Made by a program: the position numbers and the translations under genes | The notes under the pieces: generated by a model | What the model was told of the DNA's origin: nothing | Database searches by the model: none | The model's input: only the letters and a program-made list of their open reading frames with translations | Part shown: piece by piece, positions 46,826 through 53,816 of the stretch | How the letters are laid out: the number at the start of each line of letters is the position of its first letter | Position numbering within the stretch: the first letter of the stretch is position 1 | Origin: a virus | Reading direction: 5' to 3' (one strand) | Virus record (IMG/VR): IMGVR_UViG_3300045988_079322 | DNA: 59,973 nt

Positions 46826-47027
46826 TTTTCGTTATTGAGATTGAAAGTGCGATTTAGATTTTGAAATGGCGTGGCAGAACGAATTTGCGAAAAAATTTCC
46901 AGTTTTTCCCAAAATACACGCCCCTCTTTCACATGGTAAAGTATTGAAGTGTAGTTGGCCTCTTTCGCTCGCTAAAGTACGAAAGCAAGAAAGCACGCCC
47001 CTAAAGGAATACGCGCGCGTAAAGGGT

Positions 47028-47068
47028 TTGTGCAAACTGCACAACAAGATGTTATTTATTTTGTGCAA
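47028..47068. promoter_or_regulatory. Cluster of three TTGTGCAA / TGCACAA half-sites (operator-like)
   Basis: TTGTGCAA at 47028 and at 47061, TGCACAAC at 47038. The same octamer as in the cassette operators. Confidence 0.4.
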
Positions 47069-47098
47069 AAGAGAGAGAAAGAAATTTCAAAAAAACTA

Positions 47099-47127
47099 TT
47101 GACAAGTGAGCGTTTTGGTGGTAAACT
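47099..47127 (+). promoter_or_regulatory. Promoter: TTGACA-17-TAAACT
   Basis: Consensus -35, 17-nt spacer ending GTGG. Confidence 0.5.
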
Positions 47128-47194
47128 GGACTTGTCCAGTAGGACAGAGACAAAAGCACAGCACTTTGAAAATTAAAAAATTTCAAAAAAGGTA

Positions 47195-47223
47195 TTGACA
47201 AACTGCTAAAGGTTTGATACAAT
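47195..47223 (+). promoter_or_regulatory. Promoter: TTGACAAACT-17-TACAAT (class A consensus)
   Basis: TTGACA at 47195, TACAAT at 47218. Confidence 0.6.
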
Positions 47224-47276
47224 ACAGACAGAACAAAAGAGAATCACACCACAAAAAGAAAGGGAGTCAAAAGAGT

Positions 47277-47651
47277 ATGAAAAAGATTGATTTTACCAAT
47301 GAAGATCGAGCCATTATTATGGAGTATATGGCGGCTAAGATGGCTAAGTCTGCGGCGGAGGCGGCGGAGAAAGCAGCTAAGGCTAAGGCTAAAGAGCTAT
47401 TCTCCAGATTAGGTAAGGCTTTTAAGGCTACGGACAAAACAAGTTATCTATATGGCACGGTACAAATGCAGGGTAAGGCGAAAGCGGTGGTATATAAAGA
47501 AACTACCGCAAAAGGAACGGTTGACTGGAAAGCCTATGCTATGGCATTAGGTGGAACGGAAGCCGAAGCAGAGCAATTCCGCAGACCTTCCGATATTCGT
47601 ACCTCTTTTGATTGGGCGACAAAGACCCAAGAAGAAGAAATTAGAGGATAA
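47277..47651 (+). CDS. Hypothetical early protein, 124 aa, Ala/Lys-rich N-terminus
   Basis: AAAGGGAG Shine-Dalgarno then ATG 47277. TAA stop. Confidence 0.5.
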   Translation: MKKIDFTNEDRAIIMEYMAAKMAKSAAEAAEKAAKAKAKELFSRLGKAFKATDKTSYLYGTVQMQGKAKAVVYKETTAKGTVDWKAYAMALGGTEAEAEQFRRPSDIRTSFDWATKTQEEEIRG

Positions 47652-47660
47652 CAGTTTATA

Positions 47661-47696
47661 AACCCTGCCTTGCAAAACACAAGGCAAGGCAGGGTT
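47661..47696 (+). terminator. Hairpin terminator
   Basis: AACCCTGCCTTG-n12-CAAGGCAGGGTT. Confidence 0.45.
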
Positions 47697-47726
47697 ATAA
47701 TAATTAAAAGAAAGGGGTATACTATA

Positions 47727-47873
47727 TGTATCAATTACAGGTTTTAGCCAATGAGAAAATGCGCTATTATGAACCATCCACCCTTTCAATGGCAAGATGG
47801 AAAGCCAGTCACGAGATAGTCAATCCCAATCATTGGATTGTAGATTTATCCAGTGGAGAAATCGTAGATTAAA
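47727..47873 (+). CDS. Micro-ORF, 48 aa
   Basis: AAAGGGG Shine-Dalgarno then ATG 47727. TAA at 47871-47873. Confidence 0.3.
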
Positions 47874-47918
47874 AAGAAGCTGACCTAACGGCTATACGGG
47901 GAGAAAGGATAAAAGACT

Positions 47919-48221
47919 ATGAACAATTATATTAAGTGGTTCGTTGGGCCTACTTTTAGAAAGCATGAATTTATTAAACTTTTGCGGTATAAGATGAATG
48001 TGCGTTCCGCAGAGGTAGAGGACGGCATCATCTTAGACCTGGATGCTTTTAATGCCATGCGAGTGGCCTATATGCCACACTGGGCTTATATCAATAGAAA
48101 GTTTATCAATAGCAATCTGCATACCAGAATTGCAAGCGAAGATGAATATAAGATTGCTATGGTTGGAGATACAATCGGTACTGAATGGGTTAAAGAACAG
48201 GAGGCAAAGAAATGGAAATGA
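47919..48221 (+). CDS. Hypothetical protein, 100 aa
   Basis: Intact ORF after GGAGAAAGG. TGA stop. Confidence 0.45.
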   Translation: MNNYIKWFVGPTFRKHEFIKLLRYKMNVRSAEVEDGIILDLDAFNAMRVAYMPHWAYINRKFINSNLHTRIASEDEYKIAMVGDTIGTEWVKEQEAKKWK

Positions 48222-48364
48222 GAATTATTAAGCGGATAGGAGGCGGCATTTGTGCCGCTCTCCTACTCTGGACAGTTCTTAGTTGGGCTGATATAGTGGC
48301 GGATAACTGTGAGCCAAACCCACAGCACAGCGAATATAATATGTTCGTTCTCATGACTAAATAA
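48218..48364 (+). CDS. Micro-ORF, 48 aa, hydrophobic N-terminus
   Basis: ATG overlaps the preceding TGA (ATGA). TAA stop. Confidence 0.3.
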   Translation: MRIIKRIGGGICAALLLWTVLSWADIVADNCEPNPQHSEYNMFVLMTK

Positions 48365-48376
48365 TAGGAGGAAAAA

Positions 48377-48610
48377 ATGTATAGAGGGACTTATATCGAC
48401 GCCATGGGCCGCAAGCGCAGAGAGATGGGATATTTCAGTCTTAATAAGCCCACTCTGAATAAACTCCATATACCAGTAATTGTCCAAGCGAGAGATAAGA
48501 CAAGTGCGGCGAATAAAATCAATAGGAAATATAAATTGCGTATAAGTCCCAGCAATCTGCGGGAGGTGCCGATGGGCACGGGCTATCTCATGGAAACCAT
48601 GGAGCTGTAA
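48377..48610 (+). CDS. Hypothetical basic protein, 77 aa
   Basis: AGGAGG Shine-Dalgarno then ATG. Confidence 0.45.
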   Translation: MYRGTYIDAMGRKRREMGYFSLNKPTLNKLHIPVIVQARDKTSAANKINRKYKLRISPSNLREVPMGTGYLMETMEL

Positions 48611-48687
48611 AGGAATAATACTTGACTGGCAATCTACACAAAGATTGCCAGTCATTTTTATGCACTTTTCCATATTGACTTTTCGCC

Positions 48688-48720
48688 GGGCCGCCAGCGT
48701 GCGCCGCGGCCCGAATTTTT
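48688..48720 (+). terminator. Cassette copy 1: GC-rich hairpin terminator
   Basis: GGGCCGC-n11-GCGGCCC followed by AATTTTT. Confidence 0.5.
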
Positions 48721-48795
48721 ATTTATTCGGCAATTTCAACAATTATATGACCGAAAGTTTGTGCAATTCGACGAAAGTTTTTCTCCCGAAATTAC

Positions 48796-48824
48796 TTGAC
48801 ATTCCTTTTCCCATGTGTTATTAT
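48796..48824 (+). promoter_or_regulatory. Cassette copy 1 promoter: TTGACA-17-TATTAT with TGT
   Basis: Preceded by TTGTGCAA at 48749-48756. Confidence 0.55.
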
Positions 48825-48877
48825 ATACTTGTCCAAAGGGACAGGTCACAAAAAGAATTTGAAAGGAAGTAAAAAAA

Positions 48878-49117
48878 ATGACTTTAGATATGGTTGCTTG
48901 GTTACTTTCTCCGCTTGCAGAAGATACTATGTTCTTTGACGGGGAGGGATTCGAAATTATCAATAAGAATACCCAAGCTCATTACCATGAATTACCTGAT
49001 GGTAGAATAACTCTGGGAGGAGACGTAATCGAGGTATCTAAGGAATGGGTTCTGGGACTTCAGGTAACCGACATTGAGGCAAGAGATAACAATTTAATCA
49101 TTTATGTAGATGGTTAA
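48878..49117 (+). CDS. Hypothetical protein, 79 aa
   Basis: Intact, after GGAAGT Shine-Dalgarno-like sequence. Confidence 0.45.
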   Translation: MTLDMVAWLLSPLAEDTMFFDGEGFEIINKNTQAHYHELPDGRITLGGDVIEVSKEWVLGLQVTDIEARDNNLIIYVDG

Positions 49118-49179
49118 GAAAACTTGCGGGAGTGGAGGCCACAAACCTCTACTCCCCACGATAAAAAGGAGGAATAAAT

Positions 49180-49395
49180 ATGATTGCTGTTATTAAATTT
49201 GAAAGTGCAGAAAAGTCTGTGGAGTTTGGAAACACAATTTGTAATATGGCTGGCTGGTGTTTGGGTCATCCTCTCAATTCCAATGCTACCGGCTGTGTTT
49301 GTACACTTGATTTTAATACCGGCGACAAGCAAGATAGAGCCTTATATAATTATCTGCTAAAAATTGGAGCTTTCGAGGAGGTGGAACTAAAGTGA
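49180..49395 (+). CDS. Hypothetical protein, 71 aa
   Basis: AAAGGAGG Shine-Dalgarno. Confidence 0.45.
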   Translation: MIAVIKFESAEKSVEFGNTICNMAGWCLGHPLNSNATGCVCTLDFNTGDKQDRALYNYLLKIGAFEEVELK

Positions 49396-49510
49396 GTATT
49401 GAGCGTTTACCGCATACATATCCTATCGGTTCCACTGTTTGGACAAATAAGGGATATGGCACAGTTCTACTTCACATTGGTAAATACCATCTGGTTTGGC
49501 TACAGAGATT

Positions 49511-49546
49511 AGGGCTGGCGTAATGCCGGCCCTATTGATTTTTTCA
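49511..49546 (+). terminator. Intrinsic terminator
   Basis: AGGGCTGGC-GTAAT-GCCGGCCCT followed by ATTGATTTTTT. Confidence 0.5.
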
Positions 49547-49597
49547 AAAAAATATATTATAATAATTATAGAAAAATAAAGAAAGGAGTTTTTCTAA

Positions 49598-49714
49598 TGA
49601 CCTTAGAAGTGCTGAAAGCACTCGCGGTTATTTTGGAGTTCTGTTTGAACTAGGATTCTTGCAAGAATTGTCCTATGTCTCAGTTCTGCCAGAAAATGCC
49701 TTGCGAGTGGTAAA
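49598..49714 (+). CDS. 38-aa Cys-rich micro-protein with one in-frame TAG
   Basis: AAAGGAG Shine-Dalgarno then ATG 49598. ...EFCLN-TAG-DSCKNCPMSQFCQKMPCEW, TAA stop. Confidence 0.3.
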
Positions 49715-49801
49715 TGTTCCTTCCGATTGTTCTAAATCGGCGATTCCCGTGATGGAGTCGTTTTTCGCACGAGCCTAGGTCACTAGAATTTATTTATCAA
49801 A

Positions 49802-50035
49802 ATGCAAGAAACTACTTTCTCTCGCAAATTGGATTCAAGTGGTAGAATTATGATTCCGATTCGTTTGCGTGAACAAATGGGACTTACTTCCGGTTAGGAA
49901 TACTATTTCACTACTATGGTAAAAGATGGCAGAAAATACATCTGCATTGACTGCGGATCGGTTGATTCCTCACTTGAAGAAGCTATGAAAATTATCCAAG
50001 CAAACGGATTAAAGATTGTTGAAAATGCCGATTGA
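49802..50035 (+). CDS. AbrB/MazE-family (swapped-hairpin) DNA-binding protein, 77 aa, interrupted by one in-frame TAG
   Basis: RKLDSSGRIMIPIRLREQMGLTSG-TAG-EYYFTTMVKDGRKYI matches the AbrB/MazE consensus (GRVVIPIELRRxLGIxEKDxLEI). TGA stop. Confidence 0.5.
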
Positions 50036-50079
50036 CTTCTCAAAAGAAAGGGAGTTGTTGGTATGCAGAAATTAATGAC

Positions 50080-50110
50080 CTCCTGAAATTCAGGAGGTTC
50101 TTTTTTTATT
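50080..50110 (+). terminator. Intrinsic terminator
   Basis: CCTCCTGAAATTCAGGAGG followed by TTCTTTTTTT. Confidence 0.6.
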
Positions 50111-50115
50111 CGTTC

Positions 50116-50152
50116 GCCCGGCCGTGCACCACAGGCGCGGCCGGAATTTTTT
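50116..50152 (+). terminator. Cassette copy 2: GC-rich hairpin
   Basis: CCGGCCG-n13-CGGCCGG followed by AATTTTTT. Confidence 0.5.
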
Positions 50153-50165
50153 ATCAAGAGGCAAT

Positions 50166-50197
50166 TTGCACAATTTTAGGCTCGAATTGTTGTGCAA
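50166..50197. promoter_or_regulatory. Cassette copy 2 operator: TTGCACAA-N16-TTGTGCAA perfect inverted repeat
   Basis: TTGCACAA at 50166-50173 and TTGTGCAA at 50190-50197. Confidence 0.55.
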
Positions 50198-50226
50198 TCT
50201 GATGGAAGATTTTTTCCCAAAATCGC

Positions 50227-50255
50227 TTGACTTTCTATCTGTTATCTGTTATACT
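50227..50255 (+). promoter_or_regulatory. Cassette copy 2 promoter: TTGACT-17-TATACT, followed by the conserved leader ATCATCAAGAGGGGAGAAC
   Basis: 17-nt spacer. The leader 19-mer at 50260-50278 is identical to 53034-53052. Confidence 0.55.
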
Positions 50256-50308
50256 TGTATCATCAAGAGGGGAGAACAAAAGCCCTCGAAACAAAAGGAG
50301 AATGAGTT

Positions 50309-50542
50309 ATGTATCTGGTAATGGCTGACAGTAGAGAAAAGATTATCGGCGTTTCTGATACTGAAACTGGCGCACGCCATGCGGGATGGGACTGGCTCAA
50401 GGCCCAGTATTCCGAAAGCGAGTGGAGCCAAATTCTGGAAGATATGGACTATGAGAATGAAGGGGACTTGCGGCATGACCTTCTCATGGGCGCATATTGG
50501 GAAGATTTCGATATGGAGATTATCGAGGTTAAGAGGGTATAA
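50309..50542 (+). CDS. Hypothetical acidic protein, 77 aa
   Basis: AAAAGGAG Shine-Dalgarno. Confidence 0.45.
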   Translation: MYLVMADSREKIIGVSDTETGARHAGWDWLKAQYSESEWSQILEDMDYENEGDLRHDLLMGAYWEDFDMEIIEVKRV

Positions 50543-50571
50543 ACCCTCTTAACCAGAAAAGGAGTATATAT

Positions 50572-50724
50572 ATGACTACCTTCACAATGATTGTTTTGAT
50601 TGCGTTTGTGGCCTGCCTTGCATGGCAGTTAATGGCGGCTGCTCAAAAGAGCTGTATTCGGCTTGAAATCATGTTTGCCGCAGAAATTCTAATGTTCGCA
50701 TATTTGGCAAAAAATTTGATGTAA
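50572..50724 (+). CDS. 50-aa hydrophobic micro-protein (single transmembrane)
   Basis: AAAAGGAG Shine-Dalgarno then ATG 50572 (MTTFTMIVLIAFVACLAWQLMAA...). TAA at 50722-50724. Confidence 0.4.
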   Translation: MTTFTMIVLIAFVACLAWQLMAAAQKSCIRLEIMFAAEILMFAYLAKNLM

Positions 50725-50728
50725 AGGG

Positions 50729-50757
50729 TTGACAAACCGCTTAAACAGTGGTATAAT
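50729..50757 (+). promoter_or_regulatory. Class A promoter: TTGACAAACC-17-TATAAT (ends GTGGTATAAT)
   Basis: Consensus hexamers, 17-nt spacer. Confidence 0.6.
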
Positions 50758-50808
50758 CAATAATGTAAAGAGAAGGAAAACTCATTAAACCAGAAAGGAA
50801 ATATTGCT

Positions 50809-51039
50809 ATGTATAGAATGACTGAGCAGGATAGACAGGGGATTATTCTTCTGCATAAGACCATGGAGGAGTTCTGCCCAGGAGAAGCAGCACAGGCAAT
50901 GCTCCAGTCTTTGGGAAAATTCCTGCGGATCGGCATGTGTACTCCCGATGACGCGGCCGATATTATCAAGGGTATTTTCGATGAGGAAGCCGATAAGACA
51001 GTTGATGAAATGACTATGATGGATTTACTTTCCTTGTAA
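50809..51039 (+). CDS. Hypothetical protein, 76 aa
   Basis: Intact ORF after GAAAGGAAA. Confidence 0.45.
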   Translation: MYRMTEQDRQGIILLHKTMEEFCPGEAAQAMLQSLGKFLRIGMCTPDDAADIIKGIFDEEADKTVDEMTMMDLLSL

Positions 51040-51047
51040 AAAAGGGG

Positions 51048-51076
51048 TTGACAAACTGCCCCTTCTGTGGTACAAT
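51048..51076 (+). promoter_or_regulatory. Class A promoter: TTGACAAACT-17-TACAAT
   Basis: TTGACA at 51048, GTGGTACAAT at 51067-51076. Confidence 0.6.
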
Positions 51077-51136
51077 AAGACTATGGAAGGGGCAGCCCCC
51101 CAAAAATAAATTAAAATAAGAAAGGGAGTTTTAGAA

Positions 51137-51535
51137 ATGCGTGTTACTAAGAGGATTGAAGCCTATATCAATGATGAGGTCAACAAGATTGCGAACGCCA
51201 AGCGAGAGGAAATCAGAGCCAAGTATGCGGACGCTATGAAAGAGTTTGAGGATTTCATCGAGGAAGGCCGAAAAGAGATTGAGGCGCTGAATACAAGGAT
51301 TATTGAGCGCGCCACAGCGAAGGGATATAAGCTCCGCCGCTATTATGACCAGGAGTGTGCCAAGTCAAATATGTGCAGTCTTTACAACCCCATCAACCAA
51401 ACGATGGATGAAGAGCTGTCCACTGTGACAAAGTGGGTAGAGGAAAATGCAAGTCTGATCTGCGTCAAGCTGGAAATGGGCGGCGACATGAAAACTCTGT
51501 CTACTCTGCTTGAAGAACTGCGCAAGGAGTTTTAA
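51137..51535 (+). CDS. Hypothetical protein, 132 aa, predicted helical
   Basis: GGGAG Shine-Dalgarno, TAA stop. Confidence 0.45.
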   Translation: MRVTKRIEAYINDEVNKIANAKREEIRAKYADAMKEFEDFIEEGRKEIEALNTRIIERATAKGYKLRRYYDQECAKSNMCSLYNPINQTMDEELSTVTKWVEENASLICVKLEMGGDMKTLSTLLEELRKEF

Positions 51536-51586
51536 GGAAGGAGGTGGAGAGGGCAAGGCTATTGCTTGCCCTCTCTAATAAAAAAA

Positions 51587-52045
51587 ATGAAAGCAACTGG
51601 CATTGTGCGCCGCGTTGATGATCTCGGCCGGGTAGTAATTCCTAAGGAAATTCGTCGGAATATGAATATTCGGGAGGGCGACCCGCTAGAAATCTTTATT
51701 GAAGATGGCGGAGTGGTTTTCAAGAAATATTCTCTACTATCTTCTTTTGCTCCTCAGGCCGCACATATTCAAAAAGTTTTGAGCATTAACGGCATTTCCG
51801 CGTCGGTTTTTGATAATTCAAGTCTTTTGTGCGGTCCTCGCCCCTTCGGAATGTCAAAGACCCCGGACGAATGGCTCAATATTCGTAATTGGGGTACTGA
51901 ATGGAAGGGAAAGTCGTTGTTTGTTACTCCTATTATCGCAGAAGGTGAGGTAATCGGCTTTATTTGCTATAAAAACGATAAAGAATCGGCGCATGATATG
52001 ATTCGACTTTCTGCGCAATTTCTAGCTCAATTTGCAGAAAACTAA
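51587..52045 (+). CDS. SpoVT/AbrB-type transcriptional regulator, 152 aa: N-terminal swapped-hairpin DNA-binding domain plus a C-terminal (GAF-like?) domain
   Basis: MKATGIVRRVDDLGRVVIPKEIRRNMNIREGDPLEIFIEDGGVVFKKY closely matches the AbrB N-terminus. ATG 51587 follows a hairpin at 51551-51571. Confidence 0.6.
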   Translation: MKATGIVRRVDDLGRVVIPKEIRRNMNIREGDPLEIFIEDGGVVFKKYSLLSSFAPQAAHIQKVLSINGISASVFDNSSLLCGPRPFGMSKTPDEWLNIRNWGTEWKGKSLFVTPIIAEGEVIGFICYKNDKESAHDMIRLSAQFLAQFAEN

Positions 52046-52068
52046 GAGGGCTTCGGCCCTCTTTTTTT
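52045..52068 (+). terminator. Intrinsic terminator
   Basis: AGAGGGC-TTCG-GCCCTCT followed by TTTTTT. Confidence 0.6.
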
Positions 52069-52084
52069 ATATCAAAATTTCGAC

Positions 52085-52115
52085 GGCGCGCTGACGCTCA
52101 CAGCGCGCCGAGTTT
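52085..52115 (+). terminator. Cassette copy 3: GC-rich hairpin
   Basis: GGCGCGCTG-n7-CAGCGCGCC followed by GAGTTTTCTT. Confidence 0.5.
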
Positions 52116-52130
52116 TCTTGTTTGTAAGTT

Positions 52131-52162
52131 CTACACAATTTTTGACTTGAAATCTTGTGCAA
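52131..52162. promoter_or_regulatory. Cassette copy 3 operator: CTACACAA-N16-TTGTGCAA (left half degenerate)
   Basis: Same spacing as copies 2 and 4. Confidence 0.4.
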
Positions 52163-52171
52163 TTTGCCATC

Positions 52172-52200
52172 TTGAAATTATCCTTAAATTATGGTATTAT
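52172..52200 (+). promoter_or_regulatory. Cassette copy 3 promoter: TTGAAA-17-TATTAT with TGG
   Basis: The segment GCCATCTTGAAATTATCC...TATGGTATTATTA is nearly identical to copy 4. Confidence 0.55.
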
Positions 52201-52227
52201 TAGTACAGAAAGAAGGAGGGACACTAA

Positions 52228-52452
52228 ATGAAACCTTCAAAGTTTATTCGGCCTAATGAGTGTTTAACTGTGGCTGAAATCTACCGCCGCCAATTTGGTG
52301 GTACTACCACCCCAGAGAATTATGGGGTCTATATGCAAGCTATTCTTTTGCGCGACCCTCTAATTTATGTGGATTATACGTCAATGCCTTATAAGGTATA
52401 TCGGCATAAAAATTTCTTTGAAAAACTTGTTGACAAGATAGGCAACAGGTAG
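52228..52452 (+). CDS. Hypothetical protein, 74 aa. Its TAG terminator lies inside the next promoter.
   Basis: AGGAGGG Shine-Dalgarno. The stop is TAG 52450-52452. Read-through would add 12 residues, up to TAA 52487-52489. Confidence 0.45.
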   Translation: MKPSKFIRPNECLTVAEIYRRQFGGTTTPENYGVYMQAILLRDPLIYVDYTSMPYKVYRHKNFFEKLVDKIGNR

Positions 52453-52458
52453 TATAAT
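52430..52458 (+). promoter_or_regulatory. Promoter: TTGACA-17-TATAAT overlapping the 3' end of the preceding gene
   Basis: TTGACA at 52430, TATAAT at 52453. Confidence 0.55.
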
Positions 52459-52480
52459 AAAACAAAAGGAGGTTATATAT

Positions 52481-52945
52481 ATGATAACTAAAAAAATGCT
52501 CTGCTTTGATATGGATGGGACTATTGCAGATCTGTATGCAGTCCCTAACTGGCTCGAAAAACTCCGCAAGGGAGACCCCAGCCCATTCCAAGACGCCGCC
52601 CCTATGTGGGATATGAAGGCCCTTCGAAATGCGCTTCTAAACGCAATCAATAAAGGGTGGGAGGTTAGAGTTATTACATGGTTGCCCCCTGAAAGCCCCC
52701 CTGAATATAAGAAAGCAGTCACAGCCGCCAAAAAGGAATGGCTTGCAAGGCATAAATTTCCGGCCCATAAATGCCATTGTGTGGCGTATGGAACAACTAA
52801 AGCTAAATGCGTATTCCGCAGTTTTTATGAACCGCCGTTCATTCTCTTTGATGATAACGACAAAATTAGAAACGGCTGGCATTTAGGGGATACTGTAGAC
52901 CCCCAAACTACAAACATTATTGAATATATCAACAATCTGGACTAA
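52481..52945 (+). CDS. HAD-superfamily 5'(3')-deoxyribonucleotidase-like protein (NT5C family), 154 aa
   Basis: HAD motif I CFDMDGTIADL at the N-terminus. ILFDDNDKI resembles a C-terminal Asp motif. Overall size and layout match NT5C-type dNMP nucleotidases. Confidence 0.55.
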   Translation: MITKKMLCFDMDGTIADLYAVPNWLEKLRKGDPSPFQDAAPMWDMKALRNALLNAINKGWEVRVITWLPPESPPEYKKAVTAAKKEWLARHKFPAHKCHCVAYGTTKAKCVFRSFYEPPFILFDDNDKIRNGWHLGDTVDPQTTNIIEYINNLD

Positions 52946-53002
52946 ATAAAAGGGGCGGGTGAAATCCCCGCCCCATATCTGGAAAATACGTAAAAAAGTT
53001 CT

Positions 53003-53030
53003 TGACAATCTCACTACATTGTGATATAAT
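53003..53030 (+). promoter_or_regulatory. Promoter: TTGACA-16-TATAAT, followed by the conserved leader ATCATCAAGAGGGGAGAAC
   Basis: Leader at 53034-53052. Confidence 0.55.
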
Positions 53031-53079
53031 TTAATCATCAAGAGGGGAGAACCCTCATAAAAGAAAGGGAGTTTTTGTT

Positions 53080-53228
53080 ATGATGAATTTCTACTTTAAG
53101 ACTGCGGCGGGCCATGTGTTCGTGGGTGTGGGTAAGGATGTTGACCGCGCCCGTTCTGACGCCAAGCGCAAGGCTGGTTCCCTTTGGTCGCCTTCGGCCA
53201 AGTGCTTTAAGGTCGGGAACGCCATTTA
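53080..53228 (+). CDS. Micro-protein, 48 aa, basic
   Basis: AAAGGGAG Shine-Dalgarno then ATG 53080. TAA at 53226-53228. Confidence 0.35.
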
Positions 53229-53260
53229 AGGCGTTCCCCGATAGGAAGGAGGTCTCAAAA

Positions 53261-53452
53261 ATGTTTGCTTTTCTTGTTGCTGTCCTCGCGGTTCTTGCCA
53301 CCTGCGTAATTTCTTTCTTCGGCACAGCCCTGCTGATCTGGCTCATCTGTTGGGCGTTCGCTCTCACTTTCTCATGGAAAATCACTTTCGGCATCTGGAT
53401 TATCATTTGCATCCTCAGAAGCATTTTCAAAACCGTAATTCATAGGGATTAA
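53261..53452 (+). CDS. 63-aa hydrophobic membrane micro-protein
   Basis: AGGAAGGAGG Shine-Dalgarno then ATG 53261 (MFAFLVAVLAVLATCVISFFGTALLIWLICWAF...). The ORF-track call 53114..53452 is an N-terminally over-extended version. Confidence 0.4.
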   Translation: MFAFLVAVLAVLATCVISFFGTALLIWLICWAFALTFSWKITFGIWIIICILRSIFKTVIHRD

Positions 53453-53454
53453 AT

Positions 53455-53490
53455 AAAAGCGGGGTGAAAATCCCCGCTTTTATTTTTTTT
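53455..53490 (+). terminator. Intrinsic terminator
   Basis: AAAGCGGGG-TGAAAAT-CCCCGCTTT followed by a T-run. Confidence 0.6.
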
Positions 53491-53497
53491 ATAACTT

Positions 53498-53535
53498 GGC
53501 CGGCCCGCGCACAAGCGCCGCGGGCCGAATTTTTC
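53498..53535 (+). terminator. Cassette copy 4: GC-rich hairpin
   Basis: CGGCCCGCG-n9-CGCGGGCCG followed by AATTTTTCTTC. Confidence 0.5.
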
Positions 53536-53548
53536 TTCTATTGTAATG

Positions 53549-53580
53549 TTGCACAATTTTCAAGCAGAAATCTTGTGCAA
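53549..53580. promoter_or_regulatory. Cassette copy 4 operator: TTGCACAA-N16-TTGTGCAA perfect inverted repeat
   Basis: Coordinates 53549-53556 and 53573-53580. Confidence 0.55.
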
Positions 53581-53589
53581 AATGCCATC

Positions 53590-53618
53590 TTGCAATTATC
53601 CCGAGACTATGGTATTAT
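53590..53618 (+). promoter_or_regulatory. Cassette copy 4 promoter: TTGCAA-17-TATTAT with TGG
   Basis: About 130 nt of transcribed leader with no convincing ORF before the next promoter. Confidence 0.5.
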
Positions 53619-53753
53619 TATCATGTCAGGAGGGAGAGGCCAAGAAATCAAGAGGTCGCGAACTCTTAGAAAGTAGAGGAAGCAAAGAGAAAATAACTAA
53701 ATTCCGATTAGCTATCGGGAGGATTAAGTTAAAAAGTCTTTCCTTTTTCCCTC

Positions 53754-53782
53754 TTGACACCAAGCATTAAATATGCTATAAT
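53754..53782 (+). promoter_or_regulatory. Promoter: TTGACA-17-TATAAT, followed by the leader TCATCAAGAGAAGAAAGG
   Basis: TTGACA at 53754, TATAAT at 53777. Confidence 0.6.
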
Positions 53783-53816
53783 AATATCATCAAGAGAAGA
53801 AAGGACTTGATAGATT

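Noticed and set aside
53546-53770. ORF-track 74-aa ORF
   Set aside because: Starts inside the TTGCACAA operator and spans two promoters and a leader. No Shine-Dalgarno. Regulatory DNA, not a gene.
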